Origin: Candidatus Gottesmanbacteria bacterium RIFCSPLOWO2_01_FULL_43_11b
GTDB taxonomy: Bacteria > Patescibacteriota > Microgenomatia > UBA10105 > UBA927
DNA length: 64,000 bases
Reading direction: 5' to 3'
NCBI GenBank assembly: GCA_001780985.1
Contig: MFJV01000001.1
Location: 517,099-581,098 of the forward strand
Shown: positions 28,311 to 37,252 of the stretch, piece after piece
Position numbering within the stretch: position 1 is the stretch's first letter
Layout: the number at the start of each line of letters is the position of its first letter
Notes under the pieces: model-generated
The model's database searches: none
What the model was told of the DNA's origin: nothing
Seen by the model: the letters and a program-made list of their open reading frames with translations, nothing else
Position numbers and translations under genes: made by a program

Positions 28311-30210
28311 ACTCACTCACCAGATCTTCTGCTTTGATTGCATTTCCGCCGATTTTGAAAAGAATAGTGTTGACGATATCCAACGCATCTTCCCCCCCAA
28401 GGTAGGGAATAATTTGGAAGTAGTACTTGCTGTCATTCCAAAATGAATCTCCATATCGTTCGTTAAGCAGACTTATGAGAAGTTTTTCATCTTTGGTAAA
28501 ATAAATCCGTTCTAAATCTTCACGGGAAAATTCTTCCGAGAATTTACTCATAATAGGATAGATTGACGGATACCCCAGACCTACGGGAGTATGAAGTTCT
28601 TTTGCAATAATTTCTCGTGCAAACAGTTCCGTTAACCCCTCTTCAAAAAATTGTGGCAGTGATCGTTCCTCAGAGACGTAACTTGTGTAATGGAGGTATT
28701 CATGAGCCAGCACCGCGAGGTAATCTGCAAGAGCTGTGTCACTGGTTGATTCTAAGACTACTTTAATTGTACTGGGTTCTTCAAAAAGTCCGAGCTCATA
28801 GGGAGTGGTATCTTTTTGCGTTTCGACTAAATCTCGGTATCGCACGAGGATGTCTTTGGCTTTTTGATATTCAGCTAGATTTGCTTGGTCGACGTTGAGA
28901 GCTTGTTCCCAGTCGTATATATTTTCATAGTATCCATCGATAATCGAATTCCATCGGTTATATTCCGCTTGGCACTCAGCATCGCTATAGTATCGATAAA
29001 AACCAAAGTAGTAGGAGGAGTATCCGGCTGACATGCAGTACTGATAATCGGAATCACGATTGGAGATTGCACTCTCGATTGCCGCTTGGTTGTTCGCAAT
29101 GCCGGCACGGTCTTCGTTAATTGCTGCATATGCTTGGTTTATAATCCTTTGGGCTGTTGCAATGTGGCCATCAAGCTCTTCGAGTTGTTCATTAATAAGA
29201 TCTTCGCGGTACTTTAAATATTCTTGCCGCCCCATAACCGAAAGCGTTGGTTCTTCTTTGATGTACTTAGGGTTAAAGTAGGATCGCACCATGAGTCTCC
29301 CCAGCGTTGGACTGACTGATTCAATTGCGTTTTTATCAAGTTCCCTAATAATAAGGGTATTATTTGGTAAAAGCGCCATTCGCCCAGGGAGCGAAACGGC
29401 TAATGCGGGCAATTGAAGTGCTTTTGGAAAAATTATTTGTGTAATGAAAGAAGAGTATTGTTTTTTTTGTGTCAAAAGTGAGGTGAGAATTGTTGAGGTG
29501 AGATTTTGTCCCTCGCCAACAAGAGTCGGGAGAGCCTGTGTTTCTTTAAGATGATCGACGATAGCTTGTGGCTCTGTGATAATTCCGTGTTTTTGTGCCC
29601 CGTCACTCGTTTTGAGATCGCTACTCATTGCGCGCGCCTCTTCCTGCACTCGACGTACAGAAAAAAAGATCGTTGCGCTAGTACTCAGTATCGAAACCAA
29701 AACCGTACCAATCAATAAAACAGCAAGCATGGCACGCCGCAATTTAAGGACGAATACTGCAAATAGGATCGTCAAAATAACAGGGAGAAATTGTATTGTC
29801 CAAGTCGCAACCTCTGCTTTAAAGAGGCTTATGTAGAATGCAAACAGTGGTAGTTTAATAAGTGTTGACTGTGGAGGAGTAGAAAGGGATGGGATTGTGA
29901 CCGAATAAGTGAGAACTGATTGGACGAGAAAAAAAGCTCCAAGAACCAGTCCAAGTTTTTTCATGAACAGCTGTTGAATAAGTTTTCGAATGTCCTTGCG
30001 AGTTACGTTAGGTTTTTTCAGACGGAAGCGGAGGCGGGGAAAGGAGAATGAAATACGGCGATTAAGGTGGGTGAGATTAGATGTAAGAAGAACGGCAATA
30101 ATTGCAGCAATAACTCCGAGTAGTGCGAAGAGAATATCCTGCTCTTTATATGCAATAAAAAAGAGTGCCCCTGAAATGATGGCGCCAGCAAAAACAGAAA
30201 GACGTTGCAT
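28291..30210 (-). CDS. multi-TM protein with coiled coil and C-terminal gluzincin-type metallopeptidase motif
   Basis: AHEYLHY followed by FFEEGLTE. Confidence 0.7.
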   Translation of the reverse strand: MQRLSVFAGAIISGALFFIAYKEQDILFALLGVIAAIIAVLLTSNLTHLNRRISFSFPRLRFRLKKPNVTRKDIRKLIQQLFMKKLGLVLGAFFLVQSVLTYSVTIPSLSTPPQSTLIKLPLFAFYISLFKAEVATWTIQFLPVILTILFAVFVLKLRRAMLAVLLIGTVLVSILSTSATIFFSVRRVQEEARAMSSDLKTSDGAQKHGIITEPQAIVDHLKETQALPTLVGEGQNLTSTILTSLLTQKKQYSSFITQIIFPKALQLPALAVSLPGRMALLPNNTLIIRELDKNAIESVSPTLGRLMVRSYFNPKYIKEEPTLSVMGRQEYLKYREDLINEQLEELDGHIATAQRIINQAYAAINEDRAGIANNQAAIESAISNRDSDYQYCMSAGYSSYYFGFYRYYSDAECQAEYNRWNSIIDGYYENIYDWEQALNVDQANLAEYQKAKDILVRYRDLVETQKDTTPYELGLFEEPSTIKVVLESTSDTALADYLAVLAHEYLHYTSYVSEERSLPQFFEEGLTELFAREIIAKELHTPVGLGYPSIYPIMSKFSEEFSREDLERIYFTKDEKLLISLLNERYGDSFWNDSKYYFQIIPYLGGEDALDIVNTILFKIGGNAIKAEDLVSESSSWSN

Positions 30211-30251
30211 GCGGGGCGTATTATACGCCTAAACGTTAATTGAGAGCAACT

Positions 30252-30518
30252 TTACTTCCCGTGCACTCTGTTCCATACCCAGGCAAACACCCAGCCGAAC
30301 AAATATCCTACCACAAAGGTGACTGCGACAAGTGTTATCGCTGTGCCAAGGACAAAATCCCGTACAACGAACGGATTGTTTAAGAAATGGAGACCGATAA
30401 CAAAATCAAGATACGGCTGTGCCATGCCTGCCATAACCATGAATGACCAGACAACATGGACGAGCGCAAAGAATCCACCCGCCGCCATCCCAGTTGTGTG
30501 TCCATCAAGTTTTTTCAT
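30252..30518 (-). CDS. small membrane protein (DUF5676-like)
   Basis: Two TM helices, strong SD AAGGGGGTGA. Confidence 0.75.
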   Translation of the reverse strand: MKKLDGHTTGMAAGGFFALVHVVWSFMVMAGMAQPYLDFVIGLHFLNNPFVVRDFVLGTAITLVAVTFVVGYLFGWVFAWVWNRVHGK

Positions 30519-30645
30519 GTATTCTCACCCCCTTTCGTTGAATTCATCCTTCACTATCCTAATTATAGTCTTTATACAGTTTTGTAATTTTAGGATCGAT
30601 CACGTACTGGCAGTAGGGTTGATAGGAATTTTTTGTATGCATTTA

Positions 30646-30694
30646 TTTCCTTACCTTGACAATTTTTCCTTACTATTGTATAGTTTCCTTACTA
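30646..30694 (+). promoter_or_regulatory. promoter with three direct repeats at 19-bp spacing
   Basis: TTTCCTTAC at 30646, 30665 and 30684; TTGACA 30656-30661, 17 bp, TATAGT 30679-30684. Confidence 0.75.
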
Positions 30695-30698
30695 TACT

Positions 30699-30953
30699 AT
30701 GCAACAAATCGCCACTATAACAACAAAGCGACAACTCACGATTCCGGCCTCAATGTTTGAAAAAATAGGCTTGCAATCCACTCGAAAAGTATCTGTCCGA
30801 GCGGTAGGAAATCAGCTTATTATTGAACCCGCTACGTCGTTGGTCGAATCTCTTGCAGGATCAGTCCAAGTTCCCAAAAAATACCGGGGGAAAAGCGCAG
30901 ATGCAATGATAAAAATGGCAAAACGCGAATATTTCAGAAAAAAGAAACCATGA
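30699..30953 (+). CDS. AbrB/MazE-type antitoxin
   Basis: ATITTKRQLTIP...LIIEP. Confidence 0.88.
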   Translation: MQQIATITTKRQLTIPASMFEKIGLQSTRKVSVRAVGNQLIIEPATSLVESLAGSVQVPKKYRGKSADAMIKMAKREYFRKKKP

Positions 30954-31339
30954 TTTTTGTCGACACAAATTATTTTCTCCGTTTTCTTCTTGCTGATATT
31001 ATTGATCAGCACAAAAAAGCGAAGGCTCTGTTTCTTTCAGCAGCAGAAGGGAAAAAGAAGATTTTTACCTCGACAATTGTTATATTTGAACTCTATTGGG
31101 TTCTCACGAGTTTTTACGAAAAAAATAAGAAAAATGTTGCACAGGTTCTAAAACAGATACTCAATATGCACTTTGTGAGCATCGAAGAACGAGACATTTT
31201 GAATATGGCTGTTGATGTATATCAGAAAAGTGCTTTGGATCTTGAGGATGCGTATAATATGGTATACGCGAAAACACATGAAGCAAAAATGTTTGAAACG
31301 TTCGATAGAAAACTTCAGAAAATTTTTGTCAAAAGTTGA
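30950..31339 (+). CDS. PIN domain (VapC-like) toxin
   Basis: FVDTN, VIFE, LEDA, TFD. Confidence 0.9.
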   Translation: MIFVDTNYFLRFLLADIIDQHKKAKALFLSAAEGKKKIFTSTIVIFELYWVLTSFYEKNKKNVAQVLKQILNMHFVSIEERDILNMAVDVYQKSALDLEDAYNMVYAKTHEAKMFETFDRKLQKIFVKS

Positions 31340-31341
31340 GC

Positions 31342-31881
31342 ATGAAAATTATCGATCTGACGCAAGAGCTATTTGACCACATGTCGGTGTATCCCGGAGA
31401 CCCGGACTTTATTATTGAACAAGTCCAAACGCTCGACAAAGAAGGCTGGAACATGAAGCGGATCCATATGAATCTTCACGATGGAACACACGTCAATGCA
31501 CCAATCCATGCAACAACAAGCGGTAAGACACTCGACGCTCTCCCGCTTGAGCGGTTTATGGGGAAATGTGTGCTCTATAAAGATGACATTATTTTTGAAC
31601 CGAACGTGGGGGTAATTTTTTCTACTCAAAATATCGATATGCCTATAGCAGAGAAAATGATCAAACCACCGCCAAAATTTGTCGGTCTTTCAGAAAAATT
31701 TGAATTCGATATAGAAGTAGAAAAATATTTACTTGCCCATGACATCATTTCATTTGAAAATCTCACAAATACAGAAGCATTACCGGAATCATTTACCTTC
31801 TACGGTTTTCCCTTACGTGTTCGGGGTGGCGACGGTTCTCCGGTCCGTGCAGTTGCAATCATCGATGAGCATAACTTATGA
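31342..31881 (+). CDS. cyclase family protein (kynurenine formamidase-like)
   Basis: YPGDP, HDGTHVNAPIH, ENLTN, GGDGSPVRAVA. Confidence 0.88.
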   Translation: MKIIDLTQELFDHMSVYPGDPDFIIEQVQTLDKEGWNMKRIHMNLHDGTHVNAPIHATTSGKTLDALPLERFMGKCVLYKDDIIFEPNVGVIFSTQNIDMPIAEKMIKPPPKFVGLSEKFEFDIEVEKYLLAHDIISFENLTNTEALPESFTFYGFPLRVRGGDGSPVRAVAIIDEHNL

Positions 31882-32750
31882 ATGGAGAAGGCGATAAAGA
31901 TCATTTTCAACGAGCTCTCGAAGCCGAAAACCAACGAGCACAAGAATATCTTCAAACTTTGGACATATCGGATCCGAAACTGAAAGAGAGAGCTTCCCAT
32001 ATTCTTAACACTCTTTATAGTAAAGTCCTCCGTTCAAAAATTTTTCCAGATAATAGCTATCGGTTAGTTGTTGATCGGCTTGCGTCCCTTACACAAAATA
32101 ACGGAACGATTCACGTATTTGGTGCTCTTGCTGCACCAACCGCGGAGAAAGAAGCGGGAGCATATATTTCTCTTCATGAAGCATTTACGCGGGAAGGTTT
32201 TAATATGAATCTGGGGATACTGTTTGTGAATTGGCAATATCTCCCCGTGGGGAATGAATACTTAGGTTTTGAAGAATTAACTGGACAGCCAGTTCAGTCA
32301 GATGCATTTCACGCACAAATATATCCGGCAAGAAAAATACTTTCAGAGATCCCATCGATAGCTATTAATACGTGGGAATTTAACTTAGGCCGCCGAGAAA
32401 AAAGAACATCTATGTATGCTGATAGCATTATAAACGCGCCTGAGGAGATACAGAGAGCCGCTTATCTTATTAACCCACTAAGTGAGGGGTGGACAGAAGA
32501 AGCACAAAACAGTCTCGAAAAACTTGAGCAATTCTATAGTAAAAGGCGGTCATTAGATCAACATGGGACAATTCAGCCAGAATTTGATTGGATTATGCGT
32601 AGAGCTGTGGGTATGTGGGTGAGCGCGCAAGCGCAAAAAGTTCCAAATTCTTCTTTCATGACAACGACAGAACTCAATGCTAAACTTCTCCCTTTTTATG
32701 GAACCCCAAAAGGGTTACCCATTTTGAATCTTAAGATCCCCGCAATATAA
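31878..32750 (+). CDS. hypothetical protein
   Basis: 290 aa ORF with ATGA overlap; no confident family. Confidence 0.7.
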   Translation: MNGEGDKDHFQRALEAENQRAQEYLQTLDISDPKLKERASHILNTLYSKVLRSKIFPDNSYRLVVDRLASLTQNNGTIHVFGALAAPTAEKEAGAYISLHEAFTREGFNMNLGILFVNWQYLPVGNEYLGFEELTGQPVQSDAFHAQIYPARKILSEIPSIAINTWEFNLGRREKRTSMYADSIINAPEEIQRAAYLINPLSEGWTEEAQNSLEKLEQFYSKRRSLDQHGTIQPEFDWIMRRAVGMWVSAQAQKVPNSSFMTTTELNAKLLPFYGTPKGLPILNLKIPAI

Positions 32751-32751
32751 T

Positions 32752-33384
32752 TTACTGTTTTCCTCGTTTGGGGTTTGTTGAGCGGATTTCTTTTTTGATG
32801 ATTGTTCCGGAGACCGACTCAATGTGGTAGAGGTAGACTTCGCCTGTACCAATTTCCAAATGAGGGATATCGGCATCGGAAATATTTTCTAAGTGTTTGA
32901 CGAGTGCACGAATGCTATTGCCGTGAGCGGCAACCAGGACATGTTTCCCTTTTTTTAAATCCGGAAGAATGCGTTTTTTGTAATAAGGAATAACACGAGC
33001 ATGGACGTCTTTAAGCGATTCTCCTTCCGGCACCGGGTGATCCCAACTTCGTCGCCAGAGCATAAATTGTTCTTCTCCGTATTCCTCTTTAATTTTCCAC
33101 TTATTTTTGCCGGTAAGACTCCCATAATTTCTCTCTTTAATCGCACGGTGTTTTTTTACCGGTATTTCTAAACGAAGTTCTTTGAGGATAATTTCAAGCG
33201 TTTCCTGTGCTCGACGAAGATCTGAGGTATGAGCAACGTGGAAGGAAATCTCTTTGAGCACATGAGCTGCTTTTCGTGCTTCCTCTCTCCCGTTATCAGA
33301 CAAATCAATATCCGTCCACCCGGTCCACTGACCGAGTGCATTCCAGAGCGATTCTCCGTGCCGAATGAGAGCAAGGTAACTCAT
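32752..33384 (-). CDS. gpmA: 2,3-bisphosphoglycerate-dependent phosphoglycerate mutase
   Basis: RHGES.WN..TGW.D, ERNYG.L.GKNK, WRRS, AAHGNSIRA. Confidence 0.95.
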   Translation of the reverse strand: MSYLALIRHGESLWNALGQWTGWTDIDLSDNGREEARKAAHVLKEISFHVAHTSDLRRAQETLEIILKELRLEIPVKKHRAIKERNYGSLTGKNKWKIKEEYGEEQFMLWRRSWDHPVPEGESLKDVHARVIPYYKKRILPDLKKGKHVLVAAHGNSIRALVKHLENISDADIPHLEIGTGEVYLYHIESVSGTIIKKEIRSTNPKRGKQ

Positions 33385-33447
33385 CAGGATAATTATACAA
33401 AATTTGCTTTTTTGATATTTCCCTGCTAAAGTGACGAAGACAATTAC

Positions 33448-34053
33448 ATGCAACGACTTCTCATCGCAATAGTGCTTTTCCTTCTAACAACCAGGGTCTT
33501 GGCAAGTGAAACAATTCCTCTTCAATTTTTTAGCTATACACAGATGAAGCTGCCGGTGTCGGGAGTTTTGGAATCGTGGCAAGAGGCGTCGGGATCCGGA
33601 ACATATACGATAGGTGACAGTGGTGAGGTACAGCTTAGTTTTACCTTCTCTTCACTCGTGCCCGAGAGTTCATACCAACTCATGTGCTTTCGTACACAAC
33701 TTCCTCCGACGAATCTCACTGATGAACAAATATGTTCAGATGGAGATTGGTCAAAGTACTCATTTCGATCCGACGGGAGCGGGGCCGGCACAATTGGGTT
33801 ACGTTTACCAGCGCTACTCCCCGAAACCACAGCAGAACAAACCACAGTGCTCGCCCTTAGCTACAGTCCTAATGGGGCAAGTAGTAGTGTTCATTTATTA
33901 TCAATAATCCCCATGCAAGAGGAGGCAGCAAAATCAGAAGCAGCACAACCACAAAAAATGCGATGGGGAATAATTATTGGAGGACTTCTATTTGTTGGAC
34001 TAGGTGCGTGGTGGGTATGGAAAAGGACTCTTCCTAAAACCTCTGATATTTAG
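33448..34053 (+). CDS. exported protein with C-terminal TM anchor
   Basis: Signal peptide, beta-rich domain, TM helix. Confidence 0.7.
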   Translation: MQRLLIAIVLFLLTTRVLASETIPLQFFSYTQMKLPVSGVLESWQEASGSGTYTIGDSGEVQLSFTFSSLVPESSYQLMCFRTQLPPTNLTDEQICSDGDWSKYSFRSDGSGAGTIGLRLPALLPETTAEQTTVLALSYSPNGASSSVHLLSIIPMQEEAAKSEAAQPQKMRWGIIIGGLLFVGLGAWWVWKRTLPKTSDI

Positions 34054-34466
34054 ATGCGGATCTTATACCGCTTTGTATGCACGCCTCCTGTTGTGAGCGT
34101 TGTTTGAATAAGGAGACTCGCATTTCTTATATTGTAGTGTGGTGTACACACCCCATGACTGCAGGTGCCAAAGTATAAATCACGACTATCGCTCGTTTGC
34201 CCTGATACAACAAGTGATCCCACGACCCCCTGTGAAATTCCGTTTGATGTATAGTTTAGTGTATACCTAATTTTCGATACTCGATTGAGATTTAAGAATG
34301 TCGCAATAATGCTATTGGTTGCTCGGGAGAGCCGTGCGCTTGAGTATGCCACACCAGATGCGACACTTCCCCCGGTTGATTTTCTCACGCGCAACTTTGC
34401 AGCAAGAACCGGATGTGTTGATACAAGTAAAAACAAAACGAAAATAAATATTTTCGTGAATTTCAT
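34050..34466 (-). CDS. exported hypothetical protein
   Basis: Signal peptide; LYFGTCSHGVCTPH. Confidence 0.7.
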   Translation of the reverse strand: MKFTKIFIFVLFLLVSTHPVLAAKLRVRKSTGGSVASGVAYSSARLSRATNSIIATFLNLNRVSKIRYTLNYTSNGISQGVVGSLVVSGQTSDSRDLYFGTCSHGVCTPHYNIRNASLLIQTTLTTGGVHTKRYKIRI

Positions 34467-34482
34467 GCTACACTTCTATAGT

Positions 34483-35085
34483 ATGAAGAAATCCGTTGTA
34501 TTTGCAATCATCATAGGAATTCTTGTAGGTACAGCGAGTGTCGGCGTATATCTTTGGAGTAGAAAAAAAACACAGGATTTATCTCAGATTCCTCAACAAG
34601 AGGTACAAGCAAATCTTCTCGATTGGAAAGATCCGAACGGATTTTCGTTTCAGTATCCCGAGGGAGTCGCTGTTAATAAACACGATGAGGATACCCAAAA
34701 TTACGCGCACATAGAAATGACTCGTTCGCAAATTCCCGGTAGTTTAATCGTTTGGGGGAAAGATACGACTGCTGCTGATGTTTCCGCTTGGGTCAAAACC
34801 GAAAAGTCATTTCGCGATGCATCAATTGTCGATACAACCCTCGGTGGTCAACCGGCCAAAAAAATTCTCATATCATCTCCGACAAAAAAAGTTATCGTCG
34901 GGACTATTTTTGATGAGATCCTGTGGTTTATAGAAGTAGAATCGGGTGAAGGTGACTATTGGCAAAAAACACTCGATACAATAGCAGGAAGTTTTAAATT
35001 TATTCCTCTTGCCGGAGAAGTCTCTGGCGGCGATGAGAGTTTTGTAGAAGAGGTGGCAGTGGATGAAGAAGAAGTAATCGAATAA
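34483..35085 (+). CDS. membrane-anchored PsbP-like domain protein
   Basis: TM helix, GFSFQYP, TLGGQPA, IAGSFKF. Confidence 0.7.
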   Translation: MKKSVVFAIIIGILVGTASVGVYLWSRKKTQDLSQIPQQEVQANLLDWKDPNGFSFQYPEGVAVNKHDEDTQNYAHIEMTRSQIPGSLIVWGKDTTAADVSAWVKTEKSFRDASIVDTTLGGQPAKKILISSPTKKVIVGTIFDEILWFIEVESGEGDYWQKTLDTIAGSFKFIPLAGEVSGGDESFVEEVAVDEEEVIE

Positions 35086-35087
35086 TC

Positions 35088-35789
35088 ATGGAACAGTATA
35101 TTATTGGTCACCGAGGCGCAGCAGGACTTGCTCCGGAAAATACACTCAAAGCTTTTAGAATTGGATGTGAAAATGGAGCGGACCTTGTTGAATGCGACAT
35201 TCACTTAAATAAAGACAAGGAACTCGTTGTCATTCACGACAATACTCTTGAGAGAACGACGAATGGGAAAGGGTGGGTGAGAGATTTTACACTCAAGGAG
35301 TTACAATCCTTTGATGCCGGCCAGGGAGAAAAAATTTCGACACTTACTGAAGTATTTGATTTAGTCAGCTCATACAAAAAAAAATTGGTTATTGAAATTA
35401 AAGGTGAGTCGTGGGAAATTGCACAGGAAACAACAAAGAAACTCGTAGAATTTATAAAAAGTAGAGATATCCTCGCTCATATCCGGGTTGTCTCTTTTTG
35501 GCATCAGGCAATAACAAACATAAAAACCATTTTCCCTACGCTTAAAACAGAAGTTATTATGATGATTGGATTACCCCCAGAAGAGTTGATTAGTCTCATT
35601 TTAAGATCGAATGCCGATGGTGGAGCAATCCGCTATGATTATATCTCTCCACAATTAATATCATTAGCCAAAAACAATAATTTATTTATCGCTGCGTGGG
35701 TGATGAACGATGAAGACTCATTCAATTATATGAAATCGTTAGGAGTAAACGGATTAACAACAGATCTTCCAGGAAGATTCAAGCTTTGA
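35088..35789 (+). CDS. glycerophosphodiester phosphodiesterase
   Basis: GHRGA..APENT, ECDIH..KD..VVIHD..L.RTT, IEIK, TTD.P. Confidence 0.93.
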   Translation: MEQYIIGHRGAAGLAPENTLKAFRIGCENGADLVECDIHLNKDKELVVIHDNTLERTTNGKGWVRDFTLKELQSFDAGQGEKISTLTEVFDLVSSYKKKLVIEIKGESWEIAQETTKKLVEFIKSRDILAHIRVVSFWHQAITNIKTIFPTLKTEVIMMIGLPPEELISLILRSNADGGAIRYDYISPQLISLAKNNNLFIAAWVMNDEDSFNYMKSLGVNGLTTDLPGRFKL

Positions 35790-35933
35790 TAATTTTGTAT
35801 TTTACACTGCTTGTGCTATACTTCACACTGTCCTGGGAACAAAGTGTGGCAAAGGCCTACAAAGAGTCCTCGTTTACGGGTTTTCTCTTTAGGCGTCCTG
35901 ACTTCAAGTCCTAAGGAGAAAGGAAAATCCAAT

Positions 35934-36200
35934 ATGGCAACTAATTTGTTTGTCGGAAATCTTCCGTACAACATGGACGACGCCGGGTTGAACGATACGT
36001 TCAAACCAGCAGGCACCGTCGCCTCTGCCAAAGTGATCGTGGATAAATATTCCGGTCGATCACGCGGATTCGGATTTGTCGAAATGTCATCCGATGAAGA
36101 GGCCAAGAAAGCTGTTGAAATGTTCAATGGCAAAGATGTTGGCGGTCGAGCTTTGGTCGTTAATGAGGCTCGTCCTCGAGAAGAGCGACCACGACAGTAA
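35934..36200 (+). CDS. RRM RNA-binding protein
   Basis: RNP2 LFVGNL, RNP1 RGFGFVEM, VNEARPR. Confidence 0.96.
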   Translation: MATNLFVGNLPYNMDDAGLNDTFKPAGTVASAKVIVDKYSGRSRGFGFVEMSSDEEAKKAVEMFNGKDVGGRALVVNEARPREERPRQ

Positions 36201-36283
36201 TTAAAATCGATTAGCACGTGATAAAAAGAGCGTGATGAGCACATAATCAAGTGTTTTTCATGTTCTTGAATCACGTGCTTATC

Positions 36284-36311
36284 GTATGGATTTGTTTCAA
36301 ATCCATACTTC
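36284..36311 (+). terminator. possible terminator hairpin
   Basis: GTATGGATTT-N5-AAATCCATAC followed by only a short T tract. Confidence 0.4.
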
Positions 36312-36331
36312 TGGTACCATACGCGGTACCT

Positions 36332-36802
36332 ATGTTTCAAAGCCTGACCTATGGAGATTTAGAATTGCCTCAGGTTCGTGAGAAGATCCTCTCATTCCTG
36401 GCGGCGGAACCTGAGCGTAAATACGAGCTGGTTATAGGAACTGATTCCCAACCTCACAACGGAAGCGGTGTTGATTTTGTCACTGCCATCGTTGTCCATC
36501 GGATTGGACAGGGTGGTATTTATTTCTGGAAACGCATTGTCAATAAGAAAGTGTACGTTCTTCGCGAAAGGATGTATGCAGAAGCAGCGCTTTCATTAGA
36601 GATGGCGGAAACGGTTTTGGCACTCCTTCACAAAGACGGTATCACCAAATATGACGTTGAGATTCACGTCGACATTGGTAAATACGGCGACACGCGCGAG
36701 ATGATAACGGAGATTATCGGCATGGTCAGAGGAAGCGGGTACAATGTAAAAATGAAGCCGGAAAGTTATGCGGCGAGTAAAGTTGCAGATCGGCATACAT
36801 AA
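36332..36802 (+). CDS. ribonuclease H-like YkuK (DUF458) family protein
   Basis: IGTDSQ, FVTAIVVHR.G.GG, EIHVDIG, KPESYAASKVADRH. Confidence 0.88.
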   Translation: MFQSLTYGDLELPQVREKILSFLAAEPERKYELVIGTDSQPHNGSGVDFVTAIVVHRIGQGGIYFWKRIVNKKVYVLRERMYAEAALSLEMAETVLALLHKDGITKYDVEIHVDIGKYGDTREMITEIIGMVRGSGYNVKMKPESYAASKVADRHT

Positions 36803-36832
36803 GTGATATACATTACATAAAGGGGGACAAAC

Positions 36833-37252
36833 ATGAAAAAAGTTCTCATTGGATTGGTGGTTTTACTTATTGGTATTGGTGCAGGGTGGTTTGTGTTTGG
36901 TGGGAAGACGGAAACGCCAGAGAGCGCGATGCCTGTTCCAGGAACAACTGGCGTTACTGAAATGGTGGTCAACGAAGAACAATCGACAGTTACGTATACA
37001 GATACGGGCTATAGCCCAAAGGAAATTACCGTGAAACAGGGAACGACCGTAACATTCGTCAATCAGAGCAGCGGCGGTATGTGGACCGCATCAGCCATTC
37101 ACCCGACGCATCAGCTTCTGCCAGGGTTTGACCAGTTAGAGTCGGTTTCAAAGGGCGGGATGTACGAGTACACATTTGAAAAAGTTGGAACATGGAAATA
37201 CCACAACCATGTTAAGGCGACGGATACGGGGACGGTCGTAGTGACGGAGTAG
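36833..37252 (+). CDS. cupredoxin-fold membrane-anchored protein
   Basis: YSPKEITVKQGTTVTFVN, HPTH, YHNH, GTVVV. Confidence 0.85.
   Translation: MKKVLIGLVVLLIGIGAGWFVFGGKTETPESAMPVPGTTGVTEMVVNEEQSTVTYTDTGYSPKEITVKQGTTVTFVNQSSGGMWTASAIHPTHQLLPGFDQLESVSKGGMYEYTFEKVGTWKYHNHVKATDTGTVVVTE

Noticed and set aside
30646-30694. Mini CRISPR array
   Set aside because: Repeats of 9-11 bp with 8-10 bp spacers overlap a promoter; no cas genes
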